Positions 14,110 through 30,900 of a stretch of DNA of 64,000 nt are shown here, in pieces (position 1 is the first letter of the stretch; the number at the start of each line of letters is the position of its first letter). The position numbers and the translations under genes are program-made. This DNA is from Paragordius varius. Its lineage: Eukaryota > Animalia > Nematomorpha. The stretch spans positions 8,680,001 through 8,744,000 of the forward strand of contig OZ176054.1 in assembly GCA_964247055.1 (NCBI GenBank), written 5' to 3'. Under the pieces are notes generated by a model, which saw only the letters and a program-made list of their open reading frames with translations, made no database searches and was not told the DNA's origin.

Positions 14110-17100
14110 ATGATATTTCATCAAAAATTAACTTACATCACATTTATCTTTAGCAGTATATTTGGGTTTAAATCGGTATGTTCGCAAAACTTTTCTCTGC
14201 CTCACAATTCCGAAGATCATCTGTTATATGACGTAATAAATTCAAATTATAAACATTTTTATATATAATATATTTTTATTGTTTAAATTTTGAACCTTAA
14301 ACACGGTTATATAATATTACTTAATTTATCATTTTGTTTAAAGATTCAAAGCATAGATGTCCAACACACGCCCCCCCCCCCCCCCCCCCCCAAAAAAAAA
14401 TTTACGACCCGCAAAAAATTTGAAAATAGATATTTATAACATTTAAGAATTTAATAAAATTTCTCATTGAAATTATGAAATTTTATCGTTTACTTCAAAA
14501 CATTATTTTTTAATAATATTTTTAGATTCTTTATAATCACCATTATTTTTCGATAAAAAGTTATTTTAGTTGTTGAATATTTGTATACATATATCACATG
14601 AATATTTTAATTGGATTAAGACAAATACTTTGTAAAAATTTTCATTCTTTTTATATACGTAAACCGTAAATATAAGTGGATTAATACTTTTAATTGAAGT
14701 TAAACTTCGATTTTTGAAAAGGTAGGCTAATCAAAATATACCATTTAACATTTCAAATTCACCCTTGAACAATTCAAATTCACCCTAAAATAAATTGTGT
14801 GTTTAAGTTAAAAATTACCAATATTTTCTATCTTTTAAAAATAAAATTTAATTTTAAATTAAAAGCTGATAAAATAATAAACTAAGCTATAAAGATATAT
14901 TTCATATTAATAATGCGTTATTTAAGTCCGAAAACACATAATTTATTTTAAAGTGAATTTGAATTGATCAAGGGTAAATTTCAATCGTTCGAAAGAGAAT
15001 TTGAATTCAAGGGTGAATATGATGTATATATTCCAAAATCTGTCAACGGTTAGTAGACATATGGTGTTCGTAAATTTTATTTACAATCGTATGATTAAAT
15101 ACAATAATTTTTTTTTCAATGGGGCTGGCCTAAGTTTTTAGGCTAAAAAATTGCAACATTAATTTAAAATAAAATATTTTTAGCCAATTGTGATTAAATG
15201 GGCAATAATAGCTCTTGTTCTAATAATTATTTGCAGTTCGTTCAAATTGCAAAGATTGTTAAAAAATCTAAAACTTTTTAACCCCTAAATTTATGGGTAA
15301 ATAATCGAAATTAATGGATTTATTTAATAGAATTAAAAATGGTAAGTAAAAGCTCTCACTCATTATTCCTAATATTAAGTTATGTGATATAAAATAATCA
15401 ACCTTTAAACCGTAACATCCAATATTCGCCTTTATTAATACATAAGGTCGTAAATACGCCTTGTTGATCAAATTATTTTTACCCTCTTAAGAATATTTTA
15501 AATCTAAACGGTCATTCTCATTCGTAAACCCTAGGAATGTGAGATGATTCCCTATAAAATTGTATATACCATTTACACTTCAAGAGTGTCCTTGAACACT
15601 TTAAGTTGGTCTTTGAACATTTCAAGTTGGTCCTTGAACATTTTAAGTTGGTTCTTGAACAATTCAAGTTGGTCCTTGAACACTTCAAGTTGGTCCTTGG
15701 AAACTTCAAATTGGTCCTTTGACCTTTTTGTTTTGTTTTTAACTTTTATCAATCAAATCGTAAATAATTCATCTATTTTATTGTTTTTAACCTATTTTCT
15801 ATTATTTAACATAAATTTTAAATCGATATCAATTTTTAATCTCTGAGAAACCGTATATCTTTATTAATTTCTTTAAATAATTTTAATTATTTATAAGATT
15901 TTAACACGAAATGAAAAAATATATAATTTTTCTGGGTCATTAATTAAAATTTTTCATTAAAAACATCAAAAAGTCAATAATTTTGTTCAATTGAAAAAAA
16001 AAGTTTGAAACAAAAAAGTGGTTTTTCAATAAAAAATTTTATGAATAAATATAATAAATAAAGAAAATTAGGTTAATAAATAATAAAATAAAAAATAAAT
16101 GCAAAAATTATGGTTAAATCAAAATTATAAATTTTACGGACCAACTTGAACTGTTCAAGGACACGCTTGAAGTGCAAATGGTATTTTACAATAATTTTTT
16201 TACTACCGCACGCCAAATACATTTGCCTTCATAGGTTCCAGAAAATGCGTACGTTGATATAGGCAAGTATCCTCCGGACAATGTTTTGCTTGGTCGTACC
16301 GTGTATGAATGGTATCAACTCAAGAATATTTGGCTCAAGCGAATGACCAATATTCTACAATCTCACGGCGTTAAAAAGAGCATAAATGAACTCGATGATG
16401 ATTGGAATGGGAAATTTGATGATATTATTCCTGTGTTGAGACAACGCCAATTTTTCGACCCTGAATACGGAGTACAAAAAGCTAAACGCCGTAAGAAAAG
16501 AAAAATTATTCCGGGTGATGAATACAAATGGAATCTACCTATCCCATACGTGTTTGATGATGAATTGAGTAAATCTTTTATACTTTTTATTTAATATATT
16601 ATACCTAGCAGATTTCATAAAGTATTCAAGTTAAAATGAACATACTAATTAATAAAACCTCTTTTTATTGTAAAAAGACATCCTCACAAAGTCTTTAATT
16701 GGTTGATTTACAAAATTAGTTTGTAAGAAAAAATTTTTTTTTCTGGTAAACTACTTATTTTCTAGGTGAATGCAAAAGCTTTTTACTATTTGTCTTCTAA
16801 AATTATTTTCATTTTCTATATATGTCAAACAGATGAAACTTTAAAAGTGACAATAAAAGCAGCAATAAATCATTGGGAAAGTGAGACATGTCTCCGTTTT
16901 GTCTACAATGATAGCCTCTATGGTGATTATATAAAATTTAAGAGTCCTGGCAACGTTGGGTAACATTTAACATTTTTTGAAGATAAATTATTCTTATATA
17001 CCATAAAGTTATATGTAAAATATATTTCGTAATAGTTGTGCCTCTTTTGTGGGAAGAGTTGGTGGAGAACAAAGCATCTTTCTAGATGCAGGATGCCATT

Positions 17101-20100
17101 TCGTAATAATTTTCAATTATTAAACTATGCTTTTAATCCTTTGCTAAATAGTTAGTTTGCAAAACAAAATATCTTTAATAAAAAATTTTTATGTTGACCA
17201 TATTTGATTTTGTTTGAAAATGTGCTAATTCCTTATTTTAGATGACTATAGTAGCACATGAAATTGGTCATTCCATCGGGTTTTTCCATGAACAATCGCG
17301 GCCGGGACGAGACAACTACCTCCTTATCAATATGAGCGCAATTAATTATTTAGCTGCCTCAAATTTTCACATTGACGAGAGCATAGATTATGGCTCACCC
17401 TATGACCCTGGATCCATTATGCATTATGGTCCCAATGTATGGAATGCTTCTAATTATATATATACATATCTAGGGATTTAAGCTCTTTTACATAGATTCA
17501 TTTTTTTCCAATTAACGTTTACAAAGTAAGGGATATAAACTTTTACATTAAAACAGGGGTGTATGACACTCAGCCCCCTTCGACATATTAGGTATGCGAC
17601 ACGTCAAAAACTTAAATTACCAAATAAATACACAATTCCATAATTTGCATTTATATGCTCTATATACAAAATCATATCGGTTAAATTTTTCTAACTTTTT
17701 GCAATGAACTAGATGTTGAAAATAGTACTTTTATTGTCTTCGTATTTTTTTACAACCTTATGTTTGAAATCTATTAAACATTTAAATGACCATGTAGTTT
17801 TCAGGTCGAAAATGCGGCCTCCCAAGCCATATGTATTGGAACTGCATTAAAACAAATGTTTCGTAATTTTTCGAAAAGTGTTGTTTCCAATAATAGCGAT
17901 AGTTTTTTTTAGTCATATAATTTACACTAAATATTTAAATAGAGATCGGGGGAAGGGGGAGGGGAACTTTACAATTTTAAAATATTTAGTCAGCCTAACT
18001 TTTTATATTAATATAATTTTGAAGCTTTAAATTAGGTATATAATTTTTTCACTTTTAACAAATTTATATAACCTATTGTCTCATTCCATTTCGTAAATGA
18101 TATTTTTATTTTGGTAATAAATATATGTAATTCCCAATCGTTGACAGATAATCAACAAATTTAACGGATTATATATAATATTTTATGATATTTTTATTTT
18201 GATAAATATATGTAATTCCCACTTGTGATAACAGACAATCAACAAATTTAACGGATTAAATATAATATTTTCCAGAAAAATAATAAAATGCAGAGAAATA
18301 AATTAGAAAATTGATTATAATTATAACTAAAATTATGTGGGTTTGTCACACGTTAAATTTATAATTTTATTTAGGCCTTCCTACAAGCAGGGAAAGTTGG
18401 ACCGGTGATAAGAACAATCGATCCATTGATGCAAACAACGATTGGTAGCGGGTATCACTTGTCGTTTTATGATTCATTGGCTGCTAATCGTTTTTATTGT
18501 GATGGTATAATTTTATTATCGGTTTTTGGTAAATTTATTATATATATTATAAAGCTTTTTTGGTGACAAGGCCACATTGTATTTTAGTTTCAGCCAAATG
18601 CATTTAAGAAATCACAAGAATTTTTGTATATTTCAATTAGGATTCTGTGATTGAATTTATCCCTGCCCCCGAATTATTGTATCGCCACTTTATGTATTAG
18701 AAAGCGAAAGTTTTATCTTAGATAAACAAAAAAAAATACTGGCTTTATTTATAGTATTATCGCCAACTACGTAAAGATAAACCGTTATTTTAAATATTTA
18801 AGTGTAAGATGACCACTAAATGAAAGAGATTGACACATGGATAATCCCATTTTGATTATAGATAAATGTATAAATTCCACCCTTGAATGTTTGCATGATG
18901 GTTACCCTCACCCTAACAACTGTTCAATCTGTAAATGTCCTAACATGTTAGCAGGACAGCATTGTGAGGATGTTGCTCCATCAATAGGTAGATATATTTT
19001 TTACAATGTTTAACTTATTATAATATAACCGAGGTTAGTGACATTGCGGTTAAAATATTGACAAAGTTATAGGAAAATTAATTCTGACCTAAATATTTGT
19101 ATTTTACATTAACATCATTTAGAATTTAAAGCAGTGGTCAATGGAAATATATATTAAAAAAGCTTTAATAGTTTTCATTCCACTACTTATGTTAAAAACC
19201 GTAGATACAATTTTAATTATTACACCTACACTGATCACCTAATATATAAACAGCTAGCTTTAACTTGAGACTTGGAATAAATAAAATTATTTTAATTTTC
19301 ATAATAGGTTCCTGCCCTGATGGCGTCGGTGAAATAATTTTAACTCCTTTTAACCAAACGTATGTTATTCAATCCTACAACTACCCCAATAATTATTCAT
19401 TAGAGGCCTATTGTAACTGGAGGTTTAAGGTATGATTTTTTAAGGCATGCACATGCTTATATATTGGCCATAATTTAAGTCATTATGTCTGAATTCCATC
19501 AGAAAATACTTATTTAAACCTATGCTTAATAAATGGCGTAGTTTAATTTTTAAATAAATATTCGAAAAAGTATATCTAAGTGTAAAATATGTTTACCTAA
19601 AAAATAAATCTTTTAATGAATATTTTTTTAAACTTAGTTGTTTTTAGTTATTAACTTGCAAAACTAAAGTACTAAAATGAATTATCTGTACGTTAGTTAA
19701 AATATTTTTTGATTTTACGCATCGTTAGTATATGCAATGCAAAACGATTCCGCACCCACCATATCATAATTTGATTCTTTTTTATATCTTAAACATAAAA
19801 CAGGATAAACAACCATTAAAATATTTTTTTATCATGAAGGCAATTAACCCAGGAAACACTAGTGCTAAACCCAAAATAAGGTTTGAATTTATAAATGAAC
19901 CCCCGTTCGACTTAGTTATTTCCAATAAATCTGGTTCATGCAGACATTACGTGGAAGTCAAATACAACGCAGTCTTTGCCGCAACTGGTCCCAGGTATAA
20001 AACATTCTCACAAAAAATTAAGTAATTGACTCAAAATTAAAAAAATAGCATCTTCATATATTATATGATTGTCTGCTCATAATTATTTATTTATAATTTT

Positions 20101-23009
20101 TCTTTCATATTATATACTTGCTTTATATAAAAATAACGTTATAAAATATTGATGACCTAAACACTCCTCAAAAATCATTAATATAATTAATACCATCAAG
20201 CGCATTAAATTTAGAAAAATAGCCACGCTAAGGCTATAGGGGTGTCATTTTATAATTAAGTCGATATTTTTGAAAAGAGGAACTAATGTATAACTTTTTT
20301 GAAAATTACCTCCCAAATTTCAAAAAATGCATTGATAAGATGTAGTTTTAATAGATATTAAATGATTAGAATGGGAATATATAATGTTTATAACTCAGTA
20401 TATAAAATATTTTATAAAAAATAGATTTTGTGGAAATAATTCGTTGACTGGTCAGATAGTTTCACAAACTGATACAATGCTCATTGGATTTCGTTCATTT
20501 GCTCAACATATCAATTATACTGGCTTAGGATTTCAAGCCAAAATATCATATTGTAAAAATTTTTAAATTTCCTTTAAATAGTCTACATTTTTTTTAGTAC
20601 CCCATTCATAAGTTGAATTTATTTTAACTATTTTAGGTGAAAATTGCCAGTCTACAGTTGCTCAAAACATCACTCACCAATATAACTTACATGATTTTAC
20701 ATTAACATATCCGCCTTCAAGCGTCTCAACAAATGCGCCGCCTGTAACTCAACCAAATTCAAATAGTTAGTAATTTTTTAGATATCTAATTAAAACATTT
20801 TCCAAGAAATTTGAACAATTAAGCGAAGTATTTGGTTATATACACATTAATATCATGTTTTATATCCATATAAAATCTAGGGCTAGTGTAGCCCGAATAC
20901 ATCCATAAACTTTTGTGATTTGTCTTTTCAATAAGTTAATATTTTTTGTTATATCAAGCATATATTTTAAAATCATTCGTTACAAAAAAAAGTGTGTATT
21001 ACCAAAAAGTATTATACTTATAAGACTGTAACATAATACAAATAGTTAAATCAATTAATTGCGAAACATATGAAGATATGAAGTAAATTATAAATGCGTG
21101 GATAAATCATATTTAAAATGCTCTATAACCACTAAAAAAGAAGTTTTAAAAATCTAAAATAATTTATGCATCCATTCCAATATCCTATGAGCAATAAAAC
21201 AGTAAAAAAGAGAATATAAGAATCCAATCAAGACTTACACAAAACAGCAAATATAGCTAAAAAGTTTTAACTTAATAAAATTATATGAACATTAAATATT
21301 TTTAAAAATAATTAAAACTTTGTTTGATAAAAACATTTTTGTAATTTTGTAATTAATTGCATCCATTTTTATATCTCGATCTTATTAACTCCAACATATA
21401 AATGATTTAACACAGTTTTTTTCAAATCCAATATATTGGCCTAGAGACAAACTAATGTAAAATCATGACGATGTTAAAATAAGTAAGTATACATTGTTAG
21501 AGAGTTATTAATTATTGCCAAATAGTAAATGCAACAAAGGGAAGTATTATTGGCTTATAGTTATTTTTTTCACTTTTTACAATTATTAGTCAATAATACT
21601 GTTCTTTGTTGAATAATTTACTATTTGGCAATAATTAATAACTTTTTAGCACAATGTAAACTTATTCATACTGTATAATTATTTGAATAATATTTTAGCT
21701 TCCATAACCAATACGCCTAGTGTTTCAACTCCTGGGATATATGATTTGACGGTATGTTCTGCTTGGAGTGGTTGGAGTTTATGTACAGAACCTTGTGGAG
21801 GTTGTGGAAAGCAACTGAGTTTGAGACGATGCCTTCCCCAAGTCCATAAAAGGGAATGGATAAGGACGCAATCATGCAAACAGCAAGCTTGTCTCACCAA
21901 TAAAACTTATATATGTCATGTGCCAAAGTAAAAACACAAAATATCAAATTGTCAATACAAACATCATAATATAAAATTTATATGTTTTATTTAATTTCTT
22001 ATAACCAACTGCATTTATCCCAAAAGTGCAAAGTTGGATATATATACGAAATCGATATGTGAAAACCCCAAGTCAAATAGTTGTGTCGTACTGATGAGTG
22101 CTAACAAGCATGAAACTAGTCTGCGATTACTATTGACGAAGGGTTTCACATATCGTTTCTAATTTCTATTTATACTTTCATTTAATTCTAATATCCTTTA
22201 TCGTTATATTACGGATTTTAACAACTGTTATTATATGTTTTAATTTGAATTGTTAATACTAAAAAAATGTAATCAAAACATTTTCGTAATTTTATATCGT
22301 GTTTCGGGGATAAAAATTAAAATATTCAAATTAAACCATTCATTTGATAAAGATTTACTGTGTATGATGTATATAGGACTGCTAAAATCAATCAATCATT
22401 CACATAAGATTGTGTGGATATTTGCTTATCAATTTGTAAATTATCTGGATAAACATAAGCAGAACACTATTTGAGATTAGATTAGGCAAACTCCCCTAAT
22501 TCTTTTAATTATATTTGCATTTACATATATGATAGTATAACATAAGTTCATCAAGTTGCAACATTTTATTATAATTTTATAGCTTAATTTAAGGATTATA
22601 ATTTATTCAAGCTTAAAATTTATCATTTATATTTAAAAGGTATTATCCAACGTATGATTGCCCGTGTCGGAAATTGGAAGAGTGTTGTCCAAGTTATTCC
22701 AATGTTAATGGTCAATGTCAAAAATTTGTGGTTCTAAGGCCAGAATATTTACGGAATAGATGGTTAAAGAAAACTAAGGTACCACCCTTATTACCCTTTT
22801 ATGGTAACATAAAAACCAGATTTAGAATTAATCCAGATTCAGCCAAGAGTATGACAAATGATGATTACATAAATCGTGAAGCATTGTATGAAAAAATTAA
22901 AAATAGTAATAATTTAAATCCAAATGAATATGGCGAAGATGACTATGATACGGGTTTATATGATTTTGTTGAAAACCATGTGGATATGAATGGACGCATT
23001 TATATGTGA
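14110..23009 (+). CDS. Astacin-family (M12A) zinc metalloprotease: signal peptide-prodomain-astacin-EGF-CUB-S/T/P linker-TSP1-Cys-rich tail
   Basis: Phase-consistent exons: 14110-14232 (MIFHQKLTYITFIFSSIFGFKSVCS, signal-like), 16235-16568 (RRKKR furin site, then KWNLPIPYVFD), 16833-16959, 17036-17102, 17242-17436 (HEIGHSIGFFH zinc motif; SIMHY Met-turn), 18375-18504, 18862-18987 (EGF-like CLHDGYPHPNNCSICKCPNMLAGQHCE), 19308-19429, 19840-19994 and 20425-20552 (CUB), 20637-20765, 21699-21927 (TSP1 WSGWSLCTEPCGGCG), 22640-23009. Confidence 0.93.
14354..14430. mobile_element. hAT-MITE-like terminal relic containing a poly-C tract
   Basis: TAGATGTCCAACAC...TTTACGACCCGCAAAAAATTT resembles the reverse complement of 33712-33742 (GGGTTTCCAACATGCGACCCGTAAAAAATTT) and also 31766 (TAGGGGTGTCCAACAC). 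The homopolymer C run lies at about 14371-14391. Confidence 0.35.
14737..15030. mobile_element. MITE, family A copy 2 (astacin intron 1)
   Basis: The left end is TATACCATTTAACATTTCAAATTCACCCTTGAACAATTCAAATTCACCCTAAAATAAAT. The right end carries inverted GTGAATTTGAATTG...AAGGGTGAAT units with a degraded terminus. The interior is similar to copies 4981 and 25484. Confidence 0.75.
15565..16183. mobile_element. MITE/foldback-like element, family A-related subfamily (astacin intron 1)
   Basis: The roughly 45-bp TIRs are TACCATTTACACTTCAAGAGTGTCCTTGAACACTTTAAGTTGGTC (left) and the reverse complement of the right end, TACCATTTGCACTTCAAGCGTGTCCTTGAACAGTTCAAGTTGGTC. Confidence 0.85.
15590..15715. repeat. 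Six tandem 21-bp subterminal repeats (consensus CCTTGAACACTTCAAGTTGGT)
   Basis: The units are head-to-tail at 15590, 15611, 15632, 15653, 15674 and 15695 with no spacers. The consensus unit contains the palindrome CTTGAA-CAC-TTCAAG. Confidence 0.95.
18097..18271. repeat. Imperfect direct tandem duplication (about 88 bp x2) in an astacin intron
   Basis: ATGATATTTTTATTTTG...ATAAATATATGTAATTCCCA...AATCAACAAATTTAACGGATTA.ATATAATATTTT occurs at both 18097 and 18185. Confidence 0.85.
22085..22127 (+). ncRNA. Type I hammerhead ribozyme (minimal, palindromic stem III) inside a long hairpin (22048-22159)
   Basis: The core reads CUGAUGA (22091-97), stem II GUGCU-AACA-AGCAU, GAAAC (22112-16), UA, then the GUC cleavage triplet (22119-21). 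Stem I is GUCGUA/UGCGAU (22085-90 with 22122-27). It is extended by AAUAGU/ACUAUU, GUCA/UGAC and CGAUAUGUGAAA..CCC/GGGUUUCACAUAUCG. Confidence 0.88.
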
Positions 23010-23286
23010 ATGTGCTGATTTTCTAAACATTAATTCCTACCTACCCTTATATTTTCAATCATATTATTAGTAAATTGTACCAATTTTTAATTCTATTTTT
23101 ATACATTTGTCAAATACATTATTAATAATATTGTGAATGATGCACATTCTTACAAATATCATATACATTTAAATCTGATATGCGGCTTATACTAATAAAA
23201 TTTATTGATTATACAGCTATAAATGCATATAAATACACAATTAATAATTATGATTAGGTAAAATTTATGAATATAATATATTAGCT

Positions 23287-27916
<4,630 letters not shown>

Positions 27917-27956
27917 ATCGTTATCATATGTATTCTAAATATCTTCACTCCAGCAG

Positions 27957-30900
27957 ATGTTAGACGAAAGGAATTTAATCCCAAATCTGGATTTGTTTTT
28001 ATTAATATCAAAACCTTGTTTAAGCAATAATGAATATTCGTCAGTATTAAAAACGTTTTTGAATGGTGAACAGAATGATCCGCCATTAAAATTTGTTCTC
28101 TTAGCTTTGCTAATTAAGCATTCGAGTGAAAGTTTAACTCTTTTCTATATAGATGTTGCAATTTCAAATGAATTTTACACGAAATTGGCGTTTGAATCTA
28201 AAGCATTTATAAGTTATGCACTCATATCAAAAAACTTTGCCCAAATATTTTTAAAATTTGTGTTGTCATTGAGTGAAAATGTTTTTATAGATTATAATAA
28301 TCTTTTTAAATCTTTGACGCTTTTATCCGATATGGACGCCAAATTGTGTGAAAATGATTCAATTTTTACCAGTTCTCAAAATAAATTTAACAAAGTTTTA
28401 ATTATATATATAATATAGAATTTGGTTATTGAAATACTCAAATCTTGCATTAGAACCTCATTTTTGCTTGAAAAACTCGTCAGTTTTTATATGAATAGCG
28501 GATTTTTATCAATTTTTACAAATTTCCAAGATAAGGAGAAAATAGTTTTTAAATATATTTATGATCAAGTCAATGGAATGAAGCAGTATTTTTTTAGTTT
28601 TAAAATTAGATTCGATATATTGATTAATGAATTGGATAATATTTCCACTATTATTGATCTATCTTCTGCAGGATATGTTGATGCATTTTCTATGCCCGTG
28701 TATCAAAACTTATATCAAAATATTTTGGAAAATTTGATCATACTAAATTTAACTTTCAACTTGTATGCATCAACGATAACAACCAAGCCAAATGAAATTT
28801 CAACAATAATCTCGTTATCGGTTTATATTTTAAGAATGAATTAAAATGCTTTTACAAATTTTGCCTGGCGATATATAATACTGTTTATTTTAAATTTTTT
28901 AGAGGGATCAATAAAATTATTGAAAAATATATAGACTAATCATTCTTAAATTGCAACGTTAAAATGAAAATAATAAACTGAAACGGTCCTTCATACGTTC
29001 GGCATAGACTCCTCCAATGTTTTTTTAAACTTATAATGATAAATTATATCACGTTTATGACCATAGTTAATTTTCAAAGGTCCTCGTGTTTATTTATTAG
29101 GTCTTTTTACCATAGCTACCGTTTATTTTGAGCTTATCCCCGCGTTTTCATAGTGATTAGAAAAAATATTTTAGTAGCTTTTAAGTGGTACAATTAGTCG
29201 GAACCATTTTTTTGGTCAATCGATTTATAAGCATTCCCAAACTATCATTTATTGGTATATGCATGCAATAAATATTTTAAAGGTGTAACCTTGGCATAAT
29301 TCTAGCATCATTATTATCGTCAGTTGTCTTAACGCCATTATTGACAATATTGTAGTTGTTTACTGTTTTTTAGCAAGTAAATATGATTCATGCATGTTGC
29401 TTTTGTGGGGTAATGTGATCAAATCATATATATATAATATATTTAAAGCCGGTGGTGTAGAAAATAAAACTAAATTTTCTGGAAATTATGCTTACGGTTT
29501 TAATTAAATATATATGCTATGATTCACTGCCTAAGAACAGGAGTGTTCCTATGGCTATATTATAGATTATTTTTTTTATTAAATATTAGATTGAGACTTT
29601 TTCAAGTCAGTAATAGCTTGTTAATGTTTATATATATAATAAGTAACCATTGAAGCTCATTTGAACAACCTAGTTTAATAATTATTAATATCTTTGCAAC
29701 TTTTGCCGTTATCCCTGAAAGATCTCAAACATAAAACCATTTCTTGACTCACTTCTGATTTAAATAGCTTATCAAATATAATGGACCTATATTTGTTTGT
29801 AAAATTAGCATAGAATTGAATAACTTAATGGTTTTAAAAAAATCAGCTTAAACTATATTTTGTAATGATAGTTATATGCAAACACTAATTACGATTTTTT
29901 TGGTTTTGATATATGAAAATTGAATTGCATGAATAGATTTTTCCAATTGTCCATTAATTTATAACATAGGATACGTTTTTAGTTTTACGAGATTTTATCG
30001 AAATATCCGAATAAAAAGTATATATATATATATAATAGACCCTATAAACAAAAATATTTTCTAATTGAATATTGTTTATTAAGAACCAATTATCCGTTAT
30101 AATAATTTTGTTTTATCCAATTATATATGTATATTTTTACGCCTCTAGAAAACTATATGTGAAAAGATGTTGGCATCATCTAAACTTACCAATATTATTA
30201 CCACATACATTGCTTTAATTGAGCTACATTTATCAATGCTTGTCATTTATCATGATACCTGTATTAATGATTTAAATCGAGAATTGTTTGTGCAATCTTC
30301 ATCCTTTTATCTACAATCTAAAAATTTTCGGTAACTTTTTTTATATAGTGCGCAAATTTTATTTTTTTGCTTTTGAAATATATTTTATGACTGTTTTTAG
30401 GCTTAAAATGTTTGATGAACGTGGATACACCAATACATGCTTTCAATTTTTGAGTTTATTGGATCATTTCATCCCACAATTGTTTTGTCTCACGGAAGAA
30501 AATTTATCAGTATTCATAATATTTTAACAAATATAAATTTTAGGAGGAATATGTAACATCCATTGTACAAATTTATACTTGTTTGATTGAAATTATGTAT
30601 GTTTGTGGGAAAAAAGTGAGCCATTTAACAAGCCATGATTACAATTTTGAGGATTTATCTGGTACGTAAATATTAAATAAGGACCTTTTTTGAATACGTC
30701 TTGCTAATCATTTAATTTTCCCATTTTTAAATAAGATGCTACTTTGGGGTTTTGGGTATTACGGTATCCCTAGATATCAAACAATTGATATAAAAACTAT
30801 ACAATTTTTATTATTTTTTTTTCAAACAAGGATATTATAAATTATTATATATTTATTAAATTTAATACTAATTAAATTTAAATAACAAAAATAATTATTA

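Noticed and set aside
15184-15285. Hydrophobic open stretch (PIVIKWAIIALVLIIICSSFKLQRLLKNL) as an astacin signal-peptide exon
   Set aside because: It ends in an in-frame stop without a good donor. Exon 14110-14232 already provides a signal-like start and joins 16235 in phase 0.
15590-15715. CRISPR-like array of palindromic 21-bp repeats
   Set aside because: There are no unique spacers and no cas genes, the context is eukaryotic, and the repeats lie inside the TIR arm of a MITE. The ORFs 15518-15709 (-) and 15544-15846 (+) are artefacts of this repeat.
17947-17965. G-quadruplex or telomere-like G runs (also C/G tracts at about 6080, 14371 and 30965)
   Set aside because: There are only three G-tracts or plain homopolymers and no telomeric periodicity. 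These are more likely TE-end fragments.
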